Below the pieces are notes generated by a model. It saw nothing but the letters and a program-made list of their open reading frames with translations. It did not search any database and was not told the origin of the DNA. A stretch of DNA of 50,348 nucleotides, the filler included, from Bipalium vagum (lineage: Eukaryota): the NCBI GenBank assembly GCA_037834085.1. It is 2 parts of 2 records of this genome, joined end to end, with 100 filler letters (N's around TTAATTAATTAA, not from the genome) between each part and the next. Parts side by side here need not be neighbours in the genome. Positions count along the whole stretch, not along the records: positions 1 to 28,382 come from JBBMKC010053594.1; positions 28,483 to 50,348 come from JBBMKC010230409.1. One strand, given 5' to 3'. Shown here piece by piece: positions 24,760-37,738 of the stretch. Position 1 is the stretch's first letter. Each line of letters opens with the position of its first letter. A program made the translations under genes and the position numbers.

Positions 24760-25780
24760 CCAAATACAACCCAGTTACAAATTACGAAAAGTGCTGGTTC
24801 ATATGTTTTCTTTCGATAAGACTGTTTCTAAGCCGCGGTTCATAAGGAATGGTATGTCGTTAAGCAGGAGATTCATTTAGAACATTAAATCAAGGAGAAA
24901 ATCATTTCTTTCATTTCAGAATAACATCTCGTTAGGTTAGATTCGGCAAGCTTACATTATACCAATTCTGTTAAATATTAAAATTGCCTAATTTAGAAAT
25001 AAAATCAAGTTTGTAGAGGTGCATAATATCCGTCAAAACTAACCCGAATGTCATCTGATTGAGGACTTTTCCATTGGTTTAAAATTATTGGTAAACAAGA
25101 ATAATTGGAGAGCCAAGTAATTGTGTTGAAGGGCTGAATATTGTTACAAAAAGTTAGATTTCAATTTTGAACAATCCTCACTCAATGGGTTCGAAGCCGG
25201 CTTGATTTTTTAATGAGATTGAAAATATTTGTTTGTAAAATGAATAAAATTTTTAACGCTCCTTATATTTCACTTCTTTAAAAGGTTTATTCAGTGTAAT
25301 TATAAATTTGTAGCCCTTTAAAAGTTTTAGCTTTTTGTCATCAAAAGTTAATCTGTTGATCAACCTTTCTTTAGAATGTTATATTATTAAATATTTGATT
25401 TCATTCCTGAAATCTTTATTTTATTATATAAAACCACCTTAATTGCAATAAGAAAACTAAATGAAAAACCTAAATGGTAAGTTGAAATCCGCCTTAGAAT
25501 TTTCAATGAAATCATTTTTATTATCAAATTTTTAACAATAGAATTTATGATAGAATTGAAAGTAACCAAAACAAGATTAATTAATCTTCAATAAATTTAA
25601 GCCCAATTCCATGCACATATGTCACTGTTCTTAAAATATCTGTCGTAACCACAGCTGAAAATTTTGAAATTTATGTTATTTATTTTTCTCATTATGATCT
25701 TTCTAAAAAATTTTTGACCATACTCAAAATAATCTTTTCTGATGAAATACTTGGAAACAACCGTCAATTCATTTTAATAA
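24760..25780 (+). mobile_element. Possible highly degenerate Penelope-like retroelement
   Basis: Weak motifs in the expected order: MGS (25185), PF(L)-like (about 25364), YK-T, NKFKP-like end, then a hammerhead-like core at 25739..25765; no intact ORF. Confidence 0.35.
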
Positions 25781-28382
25781 TAATGCCCTGACCTTTCGAT
25801 TTGCGCCTTTTAGGTCCTTTAATGACATTTTATTTATTTTGAAGGAGATTTATTTTTCGTTATTTAAATATTTATCGATTAACGAGTGTTTTTCTTTTAA
25901 ATATAATTAATCAACTTTCAACGTCTGAAACAATAACTTTAAAAAAAATTCACAATGAACTGGTTTCTTTGTACTTGCATTTATATTTTCTTCATCAGCA
26001 TAATTGACCAATTGGGGTGGATAATGATTATTTCCCCCTTTTTAATATTTAAAGTTTGTGTCAACCTCTTGCACTGAATCAAGACAACCAAAGTCGTCAA
26101 TTATTTATCTTAAAATTTATCGCCAAACTGATTGCAAGTCCCTATTGTTCCTTCAGTCTACTCATAAATAACTTCTTTTTAAACTATAAACGCGGATGAA
26201 TTTTTAATGGAAAAAAAATTCTGTTACTTACCGATATTGCTCATGTTTGGTAGAGTGGTTTGGAGAGTACTTCTCTAGCGATTATATATGAAACCGAGAG
26301 AGAATTGTTCTTTTAAAAATCGCCTACAAAATTCAATCTATGTTACCATTTACCATAAATAAGAATCAATTCTTTCTAGATCAATAAATTTCACATTTTA
26401 TTAATTATCAGTTTCCAGGAAATGTTTTTATGATTTGTTTGCATTTTAAAAGAAAATATGCATGATTGGGAAAGAGCTATTTCAAGGTTTGTTCTGTTCC
26501 ATCCAATTGAAAATATTACGGAATTGATCTAACCATTTCTGGGCTCTAGGTTTGGATTGAATTTTTGACTTTACCGATCTAAACTTAAAAGATTTAATTA
26601 AATTTCTCAATATTTCACTCATTAAGAAAATCATAACCTTTTAATTATCAGAAAATTTCCTTTCAAAGTAGATTATTCACATAAACAAAATTGTTCACAA
26701 TTTTTATTTAAAAAGCTGCTCGAAAAGTTTTCTCAAATCTGATATTTTAAGTGAGAACACACTTGATTAGATTACTCAATTTTCTACAATTTAAATAAAA
26801 TTATTTATAAATCAATATTTTTAAATATATATTGGTTTTCAACTTTTTTGGTAAAAATTGGTTTGATTGGATGGAAAATTTTGTCATAGGTATCTTTGAG
26901 GAAATTTAATATTAAAAAAAACAAAAGTCATGTTTAATTTCTGATTCTTTCTTCATTCAGGATCCACTTTTGTTGATGAGAAGATTTTGTTGGAAAAGGA
27001 CTGTGATCATATTTATTGTTAATTTAAGATTACACTATGTTATTCAAATTAATTTAGTATTTGTCATGTTTTCATGTTTATTGATCTGTGTACTGCTAAT
27101 TTTTTAATTATTAATTTTTACTATTGTTTTTCAAATGTCTGATTACTATTTTCAATGCTTTTGTCATTCAATGGAGACCGAAATTACGCTTACCTTTTGT
27201 TAGTTTTTGGTTACGAGAACGAACTCAAGCTTACGCACGAGAATCGCTGCTTGTAACTTTAAAAATGTCCTCTGAATCTTTTTGAGAAATAAATTAATTT
27301 TTGCACACACATTTGCATATTGTGCGATTTTCTTCAAATCTTGTTTGTGCTTATGTATTTTCGACGTGTAATAAGTCATAGTTTATTAAAGTTTTTGATA
27401 ATCCATAATTATTGGAAACAAGAGAAATCTGTTATTCAATTATATATATTGATTATTTCATTGAACTTGTTTGTGATTGTTTCATCGATACAATATAGTT
27501 TTATGAAGTGCATTTTTGGAAATTATTTGTGTGGTATTTTTCAATTTGTTTTAATTATTTTGAAAAATAAAAATCAACATGGCTATCATCAATTTTATTT
27601 TCAAGATAATTATACATTTAAAAATAATTGATTTGATAATTATTTTATTTTTTATTCATAAGTTTAAATAAATTGATTATGATGCTTATTATAAAATTTA
27701 ACAAAATATTCTTATTGTTCTTTACTTAAGGGAGAACAATGCTCTATTGTAATCAGTGACGATTATTTATTTTTTTCTAACTTTTCTCCACTTTCTGATA
27801 AATAGTCAAACATCAAATGCAATTGTCTCTAAGTTAAGAATCTTAAAGGATAATAAAGCACTGGTTTAATTCTAGAAGTCTGTTTACAAATTGAAGAAAA
27901 CCTTTTTCTGTTGGCTAAAATTGTGCACTTATTTCACATTTTGCTTGACTAAACATATTATATGATTACAGTAAACGAAAATCGGATTTTACTCTTGATA
28001 ATTAGTATCACTGTGCTATTGGTTCCACCGTAAAATACGAGCTCTGAATTGAGTTATATTGAAGTAAGTAAGAAACATGTGGTCACATTATTATTATCAA
28101 AGTTATATTCTTGTGTAGTCATTTTTAAATAAGAATTCAAAGTTGAAGCAATAATAATATATTTCATTAAATCCGATTAACCAAACAAACTTTTCAAACT
28201 TGGACCTCATCTTTTATTATTTAATTATTATTATTATTTATTTAATTTTTTAAAATTAACCAACATTTATTTAAAAATTTTAAAAACGTAACATTGTAAT
28301 CTTAAAAAACTTTGAATTAAAAACATTTAATAATTGTTAATCATGGCGTGAAAATGGCGAAAAAATCAAACAAACTAGTTCT

Positions 28383-28482
28383 NNNNNNNNNNNNNNNNNN
28401 NNNNNNNNNNNNNNNNNNNNNNNNNNTTAATTAATTAANNNNNNNNNNNNNNNNNNNNNNNNNNNNNNNNNNNNNNNNNNNN
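28383..28482. other. Assembly gap or artificial contig spacer N44-TTAATTAATTAA-N44
   Basis: Exactly 100 nt, symmetric, with a central 12-mer giving stop codons in all six frames. Confidence 0.97.
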
Positions 28483-30208
28483 ATTGCTATTAATATTATT
28501 ATTATTAAATTACGGTTTTGTGCCTTTGGCAAACCCAAAAATGTGCACATTTTAGTCAATTTTGATAGGGTTTTCATAAATATAAGTTTATATTTTTAAA
28601 TTATACATGAAGAATGTATATAAGCACTTTACAAATTCTGAAACGCCAAATGTTGACTTAATATTTGACAGTGATTTCTAATTCTATTGTTCATCCAAAA
28701 ATTCTTCCTTATAAATAGTCTGCCTAATTGTCAGCATTTGTTGAATTAAATTAAATAAAACAAAACAAATATTAAAAATTTATTTCCTTAATGGACTTGC
28801 AGATATCCTTATGGAATTACACAGTGACACTTTCCTAAGCCTAATTCTTATGCTTTTAAAAGAATGAGATGCATATTGATCTCATCAAATCTTCTTAAGA
28901 AGCCTAAGACCCAGGGTTGTCGTATTAGCAATTTTAGAACAGAAAACTGTTTGTGTTTGAAAAAATTCCCTAAAATTTCAAATAGAAAGTAAACCTGTAC
29001 CTGATTATAATTAAAAAAATATTTTAAATAATAAATAAATAATAAATAATAATAAACAATTATAAATTAAACATTAATACCGTAGAGAAAATAATAATAT
29101 AGTAATGACTATTAATTACAGATATAGGCCTAGACTTTGATTCTTTTGATAACGAATAATAATTCATCTTTATTTTTGAAAATTAATTGTTAAATCAAAT
29201 TAATTTTTTTTAATTTCAATTTTATTTATTCATGGTTAAAATCAATTATTTTGTCTTAAATAAGTCTTAATTAAAAATAGTGAGAAAAGAAAATAATGAG
29301 TTATCAAAAAATGTATAACATTTCACTTTTTACAAAGAAACATATTGAAAATTAATCATTAATTTTTATTTATTTAAAACATTATTCAAATTTTGATTTG
29401 TGAAATTGTGGAAAATAAACTTCAACTGAATATTGCGTTTTATTTATTTTTTTATTCCTTAAAAAAGATAATAACATGGAATTAAATTTTTCTGTTCTCA
29501 GTTGAAGAATCTCCATTTTATTATTTTTATATATCTCCTTAACTTTATATAAAGAGGATTATCAACAGAAATTAATAATGTAGTGATTCGATTTTATATT
29601 TAAAAATCATTAAATTAAGAAAGGATTTTAAATAATACAAAAATGACATTGGTGAAAATTAATTAAATTTAATATAAAAATATTATAAAATAAATGGAAA
29701 TTTTAATTTTTAGTCAAGAAAAATTTTAATGTAAATATGATAAAATCAGACATGTTTATCAAAATTAATGATTTTAATGTTTGTTTAAATTAACAATTCT
29801 TTAATAAAACAGTCAAAAATGTAAAATAAAAATAAATAAAAGAATTAATTATAAAATTGGCCTAGTAAAATTTAACAAAAATTATAATATTTTTTAAGAA
29901 TTAAAAGATTGGTCTGGATTATTAGAGATTCAAGGAGGTCAAATGTGTCTATAATTCTAGACACGGTTCAAGACTAAATCGTCTATACCATTTCTTATTG
30001 ATAAAGACATTGGAGAACTTAAATGCGAAAAACTTCTCCGATGGATTCGAAAAAAACATTTAAAAAGTCAAGTGAAAAATGTAAAAGATAACTGTCAAAA
30101 ATCAATGAGGAGACCTTAAAGATTCTCTATGATACTATAACTTGATAAGAATTCTGGATATACATATTATATGTATTCATATCGGCAAGGTAAATTAAAA
30201 GGTAAATA

Positions 30209-31186
30209 CAGTGGAAACTCTATATAACGACAGTCTTTAAAAACAAATGTTACATATTTAATTTAAATTTCACTCTATATAACGACACTTATTTTAAAAA
30301 ATATTACATAATGTGTTTTAATAAAGTTCAAAGAAAGAAGAGAAATATTTATTGTTCATAGACAATTGGTCAGCACATAATTAAAAAATTCAATCATAAT
30401 GCATATAATTGAAATATTTTTGCCAAATACAACTAGCGAAGCACAGCCGATGGACTAAGGAATAATCAAAAATTTGAAAGTTCATTATAAACGTTTATTA
30501 TTGTACAAGCAAATTTTATTAATCGATAACGAAAAACCATTCGTAATAAATCTTCTTGGTGCATTTTATCTTCTTGAACAAGCTTGAAATGCCGTTCCCA
30601 TAGAAACAATTTAGAATTGTTTTGCAAAAACTAAATTTATTTTTCAGGATAAAATATATGGAATGCAAGAAGTTGATGATGACGAAGAAATTAAATTACT
30701 TTGGCAATTTTTAAGAGAGGTTAGTGAGATAGATGATCAAATTAGCTATGACGATTATATTTCACTAGATCAACAGATATCTACACATGGAATACGGTTT
30801 CTGAAAGACATTGCTACATCTATAATAGTGAATAGTATTTGTGAAGAAGAGAAAAAATCTGAACTAGCCACAGGTTCAAATTAAAACCAAAGCCAGATAT
30901 GGTATATTTTGCGGCATTTCTTAGAAAAAAATGAGAATGATTCAACCATTTTGAAAATATGTAATAAAATTGATGACATAATTGAAGAATTTGAAACAAA
31001 AAATATGTTTGAATATCAAATAAATAAGTTGTCATATGGATGTTATCTTTCTGATTATTTTGATTTTAAAATATAATAATGATTAATTTTTATCCACTGA
31101 ATGATTGTGCAATCGAAATTGGTAAACCTCTATATAACTACAGTTTGGCCGTTCCCAAGGGGTGTCGTTATAAAGAGGTTTAACTG
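30209..31186 (+). mobile_element. Internally deleted pogo/Tigger-family DNA transposon
   Basis: TA-flanked TIRs CAGTGGAAACTCTATATAACGACA and TGTCGTTATAAAGAGGTTTAACTG; subterminal repeats CTCTATATAAC at about 30274 and 31128; IDNWSAH and LPNTTSEAQPMD*GIIKNLKVHYK (DDE_1 motif). Confidence 0.92.
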
Positions 31187-31469
31187 TATTGATGCTCTTT
31201 ACTGAAGAATAGGAAACCAAGGTCAAATCAACATTACTATCGAAGATTGTATTACATTTTCCCCAAATTGATAAATCTGAATTTTTTTAAACAAATTCGA
31301 TAATCAAAAGTTTTGCTAATTCTTGCTGTTCCTTATCCTGGGTCTTGAATTATGAATATTTACAAAATGTTGTAAATCATTTGAATATACTTTATCACCC
31401 TCAAAAAACAACTGTCCTTTTTATTATGTATATTTATTTGAACTAAAAGACATTATATGCTTCCTATCC

Positions 31470-31930
31470 ACACTGTGAAAAGGGATGACCAACAATGTGA
31501 GCAGTGCAGAATTTAAGAATTAAGAGACACAATATGACTCGCGTCTCAAAGACCTCGGTCAAGAATTGCAAGAAGAACCAAGAATCCCGTATAAAGCGAG
31601 TTTTCAGAGTAGCAAAGCAGAACCATCAAAGACTAATTTTTGATTTGCAAATAGTAAGTGACTCTAGGAAAGAAAAATACTACATCAAAGAAATCATAGA
31701 TTATGCAGATCCGTAGAAGATCAAAGATCCATTTATATCGGGGATCACATGAACTGAAGAGGAGCATGAAGCAACGAGATATAGAAATTTTTAATATTAA
31801 TGGGTTACCGCTTATGAGACTTGAAACTAATGACAACAATTGCAAAGGAGGCTTCCATAAAAATGATTAACGTCCGTCACTCTCTGCCCGGATGCAACAG
31901 ACTAAGTACTATGACTCTAATATGGTAGCA
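31470..31930 (+). mobile_element. Possible degenerate LTR-retrotransposon (Gypsy-like) integrase fragment
   Basis: CEQC, IDYADP, GLP and an SNG-like motif in order, across frames; weak. Confidence 0.3.
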
Positions 31931-34900
31931 CTATACACAACAGCAAAGTTGAGAATAAAAACTGGATTTTATTGTATTGTATTGTATTGAATAAATAAAG
32001 TTCACAAAGAAACTATTACTATGACCATATCTCCAGTAATCGTTCCATTTTGTTTAATAAAAATGTGATAAATTACCCTTGAGTTGGAATAAAGAAATAG
32101 TCAACATTGATCTATTTACATAATTAATACATTGTTATTTTATTGTTTAAATGACCGCTTTTTAATATTGGGAGAAGAAATTATTATTTTATCTTATTTT
32201 TGAAAATTGTATATGTGAACCAATGTCAGATTAGTCTAATCCAATTTGTCAAATAAAACTTCTTTTTATCCAATTGAAAATAATTTCTTTCCGAAATTAA
32301 GTCCTCTTATTAAGATTGCATTCATTATATATTTTTAGTTTTCCTGGTCTTGGATATATATTTGAAGAATATATTCAATGAAGGGAGGTGAGTTTTCGAT
32401 TTTTATCTTTAAAATAATTTTAATATTTTAAGTTTTATTTCAAAATGAATTTGTAAATATTAATTTATTAAATGAAATATAATTAAAAATATAACTACCG
32501 TGATTGTTTAAATAGTCATTTTTTTTAATCAACATATGGAAGATTATTTTATTTAAAAAATAATAATTCTCAAATTTTAATTTAAACGCATTTTATTTCT
32601 TATTCAAAATTAATAATATTAAATAATTTGTTTATATTAATCAATGATATTCAGCTCATAAATAAAACATGTATGAAATATCAATATGAATTAATATAAT
32701 TATTACTGATATTGATCATATATAATACACAAATAAGAGCTTAAATAATAAAACATAAAAAAAAATAATAATAATTAAATATATTAAAAATATAATAAAT
32801 CAATAAATATAATAAAATACTAAATAAAATACGATAATTAATAATCTCTTACTTCATCTTTATAATTTAATAATTCCTCTTTCTAATATAAATGTTGCTG
32901 TACAAAATTATAATTAATTAAAAAGCAATTTTTACATGAAAAAATAAAATAATATTTTTATAACAAATTTATTATTCAGGCTTTCAAGAAAATATTTTTT
33001 GCTCTCTTCCCAAATGTATTGTCTGGGTTGAGATTTTTCCATTTGAAAATTAATATAAATTAGAGGAATTTTGAAAACTTTATTCAAGAAAAAGAATGAA
33101 AATATTTCAGCAAAAATTCTAAATATATCACGAGGAAAAAAAAAGAAAAACAGAAAAGTTTTACAATGTCAACAGAGAAAAGAATGATCGGATTTCGCAG
33201 TCAAAAGCACTGAGTAAAGAAATATTTTATTTTAGAGATAAAAAGAGAAAAATATTATTAAAGACAGAAAATGTTTACAAATATTATTTCTGAGACTTTT
33301 GTTAATGAAAAGAAAATGATTTTTGTATGAAACGATAATGTTCACGATTTAATTAAATTTATGAAAATTTAAACAAAAAAAATTTTTTTAAATATGTTGA
33401 GATTTTAATTTTAAAATTATTGTTAAAATGCTCATTAATTGAATAAAATATAAATCAAGCGTCCACTTGTTTGATGTAAAAATTCAAGCCACTCAATTCA
33501 CAAGTAGTTTTGAAGCAATAAAAGATATAATTACTCCCTTTATTATTTCTATATAAACCAGACAGCTCTGAAGACAAACAAAAAATTTTAATTATTTCTC
33601 TTATGTGGACAATAAAAGTCAATAAAATATATTTTGAGTTTATTTTGGCAGTTAACGTTTGCTAGCTTGTCTTGAGCATGTCACAAATATTGATCTTCCT
33701 TAAATTTCTTTCCGATAATAAAAATAAATAAATAAAATGATCATTAGTTTTTTTTTCCAGTTAAGCGATATTATTGATAAATTAAAACAATTTTCTCTTA
33801 CGATTAATGGAAAATCTGCTTGGTAATTTTTCATGATTAACAGATTTATAGAATACCCCCTACCCTAGGATCAATGGCGTCTATAATTTCTCCAATAATA
33901 GGATAAGATGCATTACCATTAAAACAAAATTTTCTAATTAATAGGTCGACAAAAAGGGGACTCAAAAAGAAGAGATAAAAAAAATGTCCATTAAGGAAAT
34001 TTCAAGATGATTTTTTTCGAATTCTGTCTGGTACTCTCACGACTCGTAAGACTGAGAAATGAATTCTGTTTATCATCATTAATGGTCAACGGAGCTCGTT
34101 TCTCTGGCGGAATTAATTTCACATCGGAACCCCTTTGATTACGAACCGAAATGTGTTTGACAGTTTAAGTAGGGGATCTTACTGAACCAGCATCAACTTA
34201 TTTGAGATTTTATTATCCCGGCCTCAAAATAGATCATTTTATATAAATATGCCGTTTGTGATTTCGTTCAATAATAATAAATAAATAAATAAATAATTTA
34301 TTTTAAATTGTTTTAATTTGCTGATTAAAATTATATTGCTGCTTCGTTTCTAATTATATATATTAAATTTATCATTGTAAAGCTAATATTAAATTAGTCC
34401 AATGTCCCCAATGTATTAAACATTTTTTCACATTTTGTTTTATTGAAATGATTATTATTAATATATTTTGGAATGGATTATTTGTTTTATTATGTACAGC
34501 TCTATTATTGTCATCACTATGATATTTGTGAATTTTATATTGATTTGTATACATTAAATAATTGATGAAGGAATGAAGTAATTCGTCTACCAAAAAAAAT
34601 GAGATTTTTCAGCAAAATTTTGAAAAATATTTTATTTTTATATGCCTTCAATTCTACTTTCACCATTCTTTTTCACTTTATCATTAAATGCCGACCTGGA
34701 CAGTGTTACTACAGTAATTGTTTTCACTTTCCAAAAGGATTCAGTAAACATTGTTCAGTTTCCTTAATTCTAATGTTTGCTCTTTCTTTTGTTGGTGAAC
34801 AAGTTTTATCAGGGATGGCGTTCTATGTTAAAACACGTTGGAATTTCTTTTCAAACCTTTGCTTTTGTCTTGAATCGTATTCCAGTGAGTTTTATTTAAA

Positions 34901-36899
34901 AATGTCGGTATTATATTCATAGAGAAATATGTATTATTATTGATTAATGTAATTTTATTACGAAAGTCATCACCGTTATGGATCTTAAAAGAGTTAATTG
35001 TCCGAACTCAGCTATAATTGTCAGCTATAAAACCTTTTAACGGCTTTATAGGAGTCATTGTCGAAAATCGAACTTTACCTTCCTCCTGTGATGTTCTAAT
35101 TAGTTCTGACCTACATAGATTGTTCTGTAAAAGGAGTTTGACGAACTATTGACTAGTCATTCTATAACCTTCTTTTAAACCTTTTACAATTCGACGAGAA
35201 CCCCTTCATTTTGACATTTCTGAAAACGAAGTGTGTTAACAACTATTGAATTCAAATGAATTAAATATTTCAAATGATGTAAAGAACCCCATTCAATTAT
35301 TCGGAGTGTTTTTAAATTAAAATAAAATAATCTCAAGGATTTCAAATGATAAATTACCATATTCATTAGTAAACCCTGTCAGTTTAGCACTCTCTGGCAA
35401 TATGTTATTGTATCAGAATCAACCCTATACCATTCTCCCATTATATAATGAGTGTTTCTGATTGGTGCTTATTACGAATTTATTCGAGAACCTTGTTAAT
35501 GTTTCGCGAATTTAATACTGATGTTTTATGGAGGTCATTCTCTGGAAGATGAATGAAACTGCTTCATATTACATGTGATCTTCATCTTTCCATGAATTTG
35601 AGATCCAGTCGCTGAAGAAGGGCAGTTTCCCTTTTTTCATTTGTTTATTTCAAGACAAAGTTATTATGAAAATTCTGAAAAATAGAGCTCAGTACAATTT
35701 TACCTTTTAATTAAAAATGAAATATTTTCTTAAAGTAAAATTTTATTAATTCATTAAAACAATTTATACTCAAACAATGCTCGTAAAACTCAATTAAAAA
35801 TTAATATCTCAGATTCAATGATTGTGATTGGCGTAGTTTATTATTGAATATATAATGAAAAATTAATAAACGGGCTCCATGATATAAAAGTAATTGTTCT
35901 TCATTAATAAACATGGGCAAATTCAATTTAATTTTAATTTTATTAATGGAAATTTAAATCTGTCTGAGTTTAATTTGATTATTTGTGGATGTTCTGAAGA
36001 TAATTTTATTATAATTATAATGCAAAATTAATAATTATAATGAAAAATTTCAATAAAGAAAAGAATTTAATTTTCAAAAATGAGTTTTAAAACAATTTTT
36101 GAAACCATCCATAAAATTATAATTTCGTTTCGAATCCAGACAAAATATTTTAATTTCCCTTTAACGAAAAACTGTAAAACGACTCCATACTTAATTATAT
36201 TTACATCAAATAAATTAATTTTAACAATGTATTCTTTTCCTGATCTAAGAATAATAAAATTTTGCAAATTTAAAATTAATTTAAAACAGAATAAATTAAA
36301 ACATTAAAACATTTTGAATTTAATTAAATAATACTTCAAAAGTCTCTTTCAATTCGGCTTTAATTCTTCATAATTTAATTAATTTAATTTAATAATTATA
36401 ATTTTGGAATGCAAATGGCAAATTGGTCTTCAAAATCTACAAAAAATCAACTTTAAGGTTTGAACATTCAGCAAGTTTTCTCTGATAATGAAAATTAACA
36501 TATATATTTTTGTCAGCAGTTTCCGTGGAAACGAATTTGATTTAGTTCTATTAGTAACACTCCCTATCTCTTAAGCGGTTGAAGATTTATCAGCAAAAAT
36601 ATTTGACTGCCTATTTTTTTAATTAAAAATTAAATTAAAGTAAATTTTTTCCTTTGTATTTATTAAAATAATAATATTAGCATATATCAGTTTGAAATTC
36701 ACGAGATTATGTAATATCAATAATTTACATATTCAAACAAACTTTATCAAACTATTTAATTTTAATGTCATTATAAATTTTAGAAAACGCCTTTAAATTT
36801 TAACATTATTAATTTATTAAGTTTTATAATATATTAAATTAATTCTATAATACTTAATGCATTTAATATTTAAAAATTGCTTTGTTTAAATTTTTAAGT

Positions 36900-37738
36900 A
36901 GTTAGACGACGACCAAATACAAAAACAATTAGCTTCCTCTCTTAACGTCACACAACTAGCTGTTTCACTTCATTAGCACGCCATGGGAAAAATCCACAAG
37001 GAAGGAGAATGGGTGCCTTATAAATTAACGGAAAGAAACATGGGGCAGCTAAAAACATCCCCTGAAATCTGGTTTGGAAAGATTCCAAAAGACGTTGATT
37101 TTTCAGCGTATCATTACTGGTAATAAAAAATGGGTATACTACAATAATCTAAAGAGAAAAATATCGACTGCAAAGCCAAAAATTCACGGGAAGAAGGACT
37201 TACTCTGCATCTGGTGGGATCAGTGCGGCATATTGTACTACTCTCCAACCTTGCGAAACAGCCACTGCAAATCTCAGAGAACAACAACTAGTCTAGCTAC
37301 GCAATGAACTCGAAGAAAAGAGACCAAAATGGGCAGAACGACACGATACATTCAAATTAATTTATGATAACGCAAGGCCTCGTGTTGCAAAATCCGTGAA
37401 AGACAGTCTGAAGAATTTCAAATGGAGGTCTTATCGCATCCTGCATATTATCAGGACACTGCCCAATCAGATTATCGTCTCTTCTGGTTAATAGCTTTTG
37501 GTCTTGCGGAGCAGGACTTCCAAAATGTCCAAGATATCAAAAATTGGTTGAATTATTAAATTGCCTTAAAGCTGTCAAATTTCTTCAAAGATTGAATTCA
37601 TGAGTTACCTTAATTTATGGGGAAATGCTGTTAAAAACAATGGAAATTATTTGTGATAAATGTCCTTAGTAAATTTATTCAGTTCCACTAAATTGAAAAT
37701 TCGTAAACGAAAAACCCGGAATTAACGGATACACCTAA
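36900..37738 (+). mobile_element. 5'-truncated mariner (mauritiana/Mos1-like)
   Basis: QIQKQLASSLNVTQLAVS..MGKIHKEGEWVPYKL, IITGNKKWVYYNN, KPKIHGKKDLLCIWWDQCG, DNARP, APSDY-like; right TIR ..GGAATTAACGGATACACCTAA followed by TA. Confidence 0.9.

Noticed and set aside
26230-26320. Minus-strand IIAREVLSKP (hAT C-terminal-like) followed by a GTAAGT donor-like site
   Set aside because: Too short to distinguish a TE fragment, an exon or chance
27320-27631. Hydrophobic 103-aa ORF, and similar F/I/L/K/N-rich ORFs at 604, 1010, 12373, 15138, 25387, 34372, 34599, 36067, 36080 and 41104
   Set aside because: Their composition is what random AT-rich DNA encodes; no motifs or splice-consistent partners
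31203-31227. CTGAAGA-atag-GAAACCAAGGTC hammerhead-like core
   Set aside because: No stem II and stem I is out of register; it sits in what looks like decayed coding sequence, so probably chance
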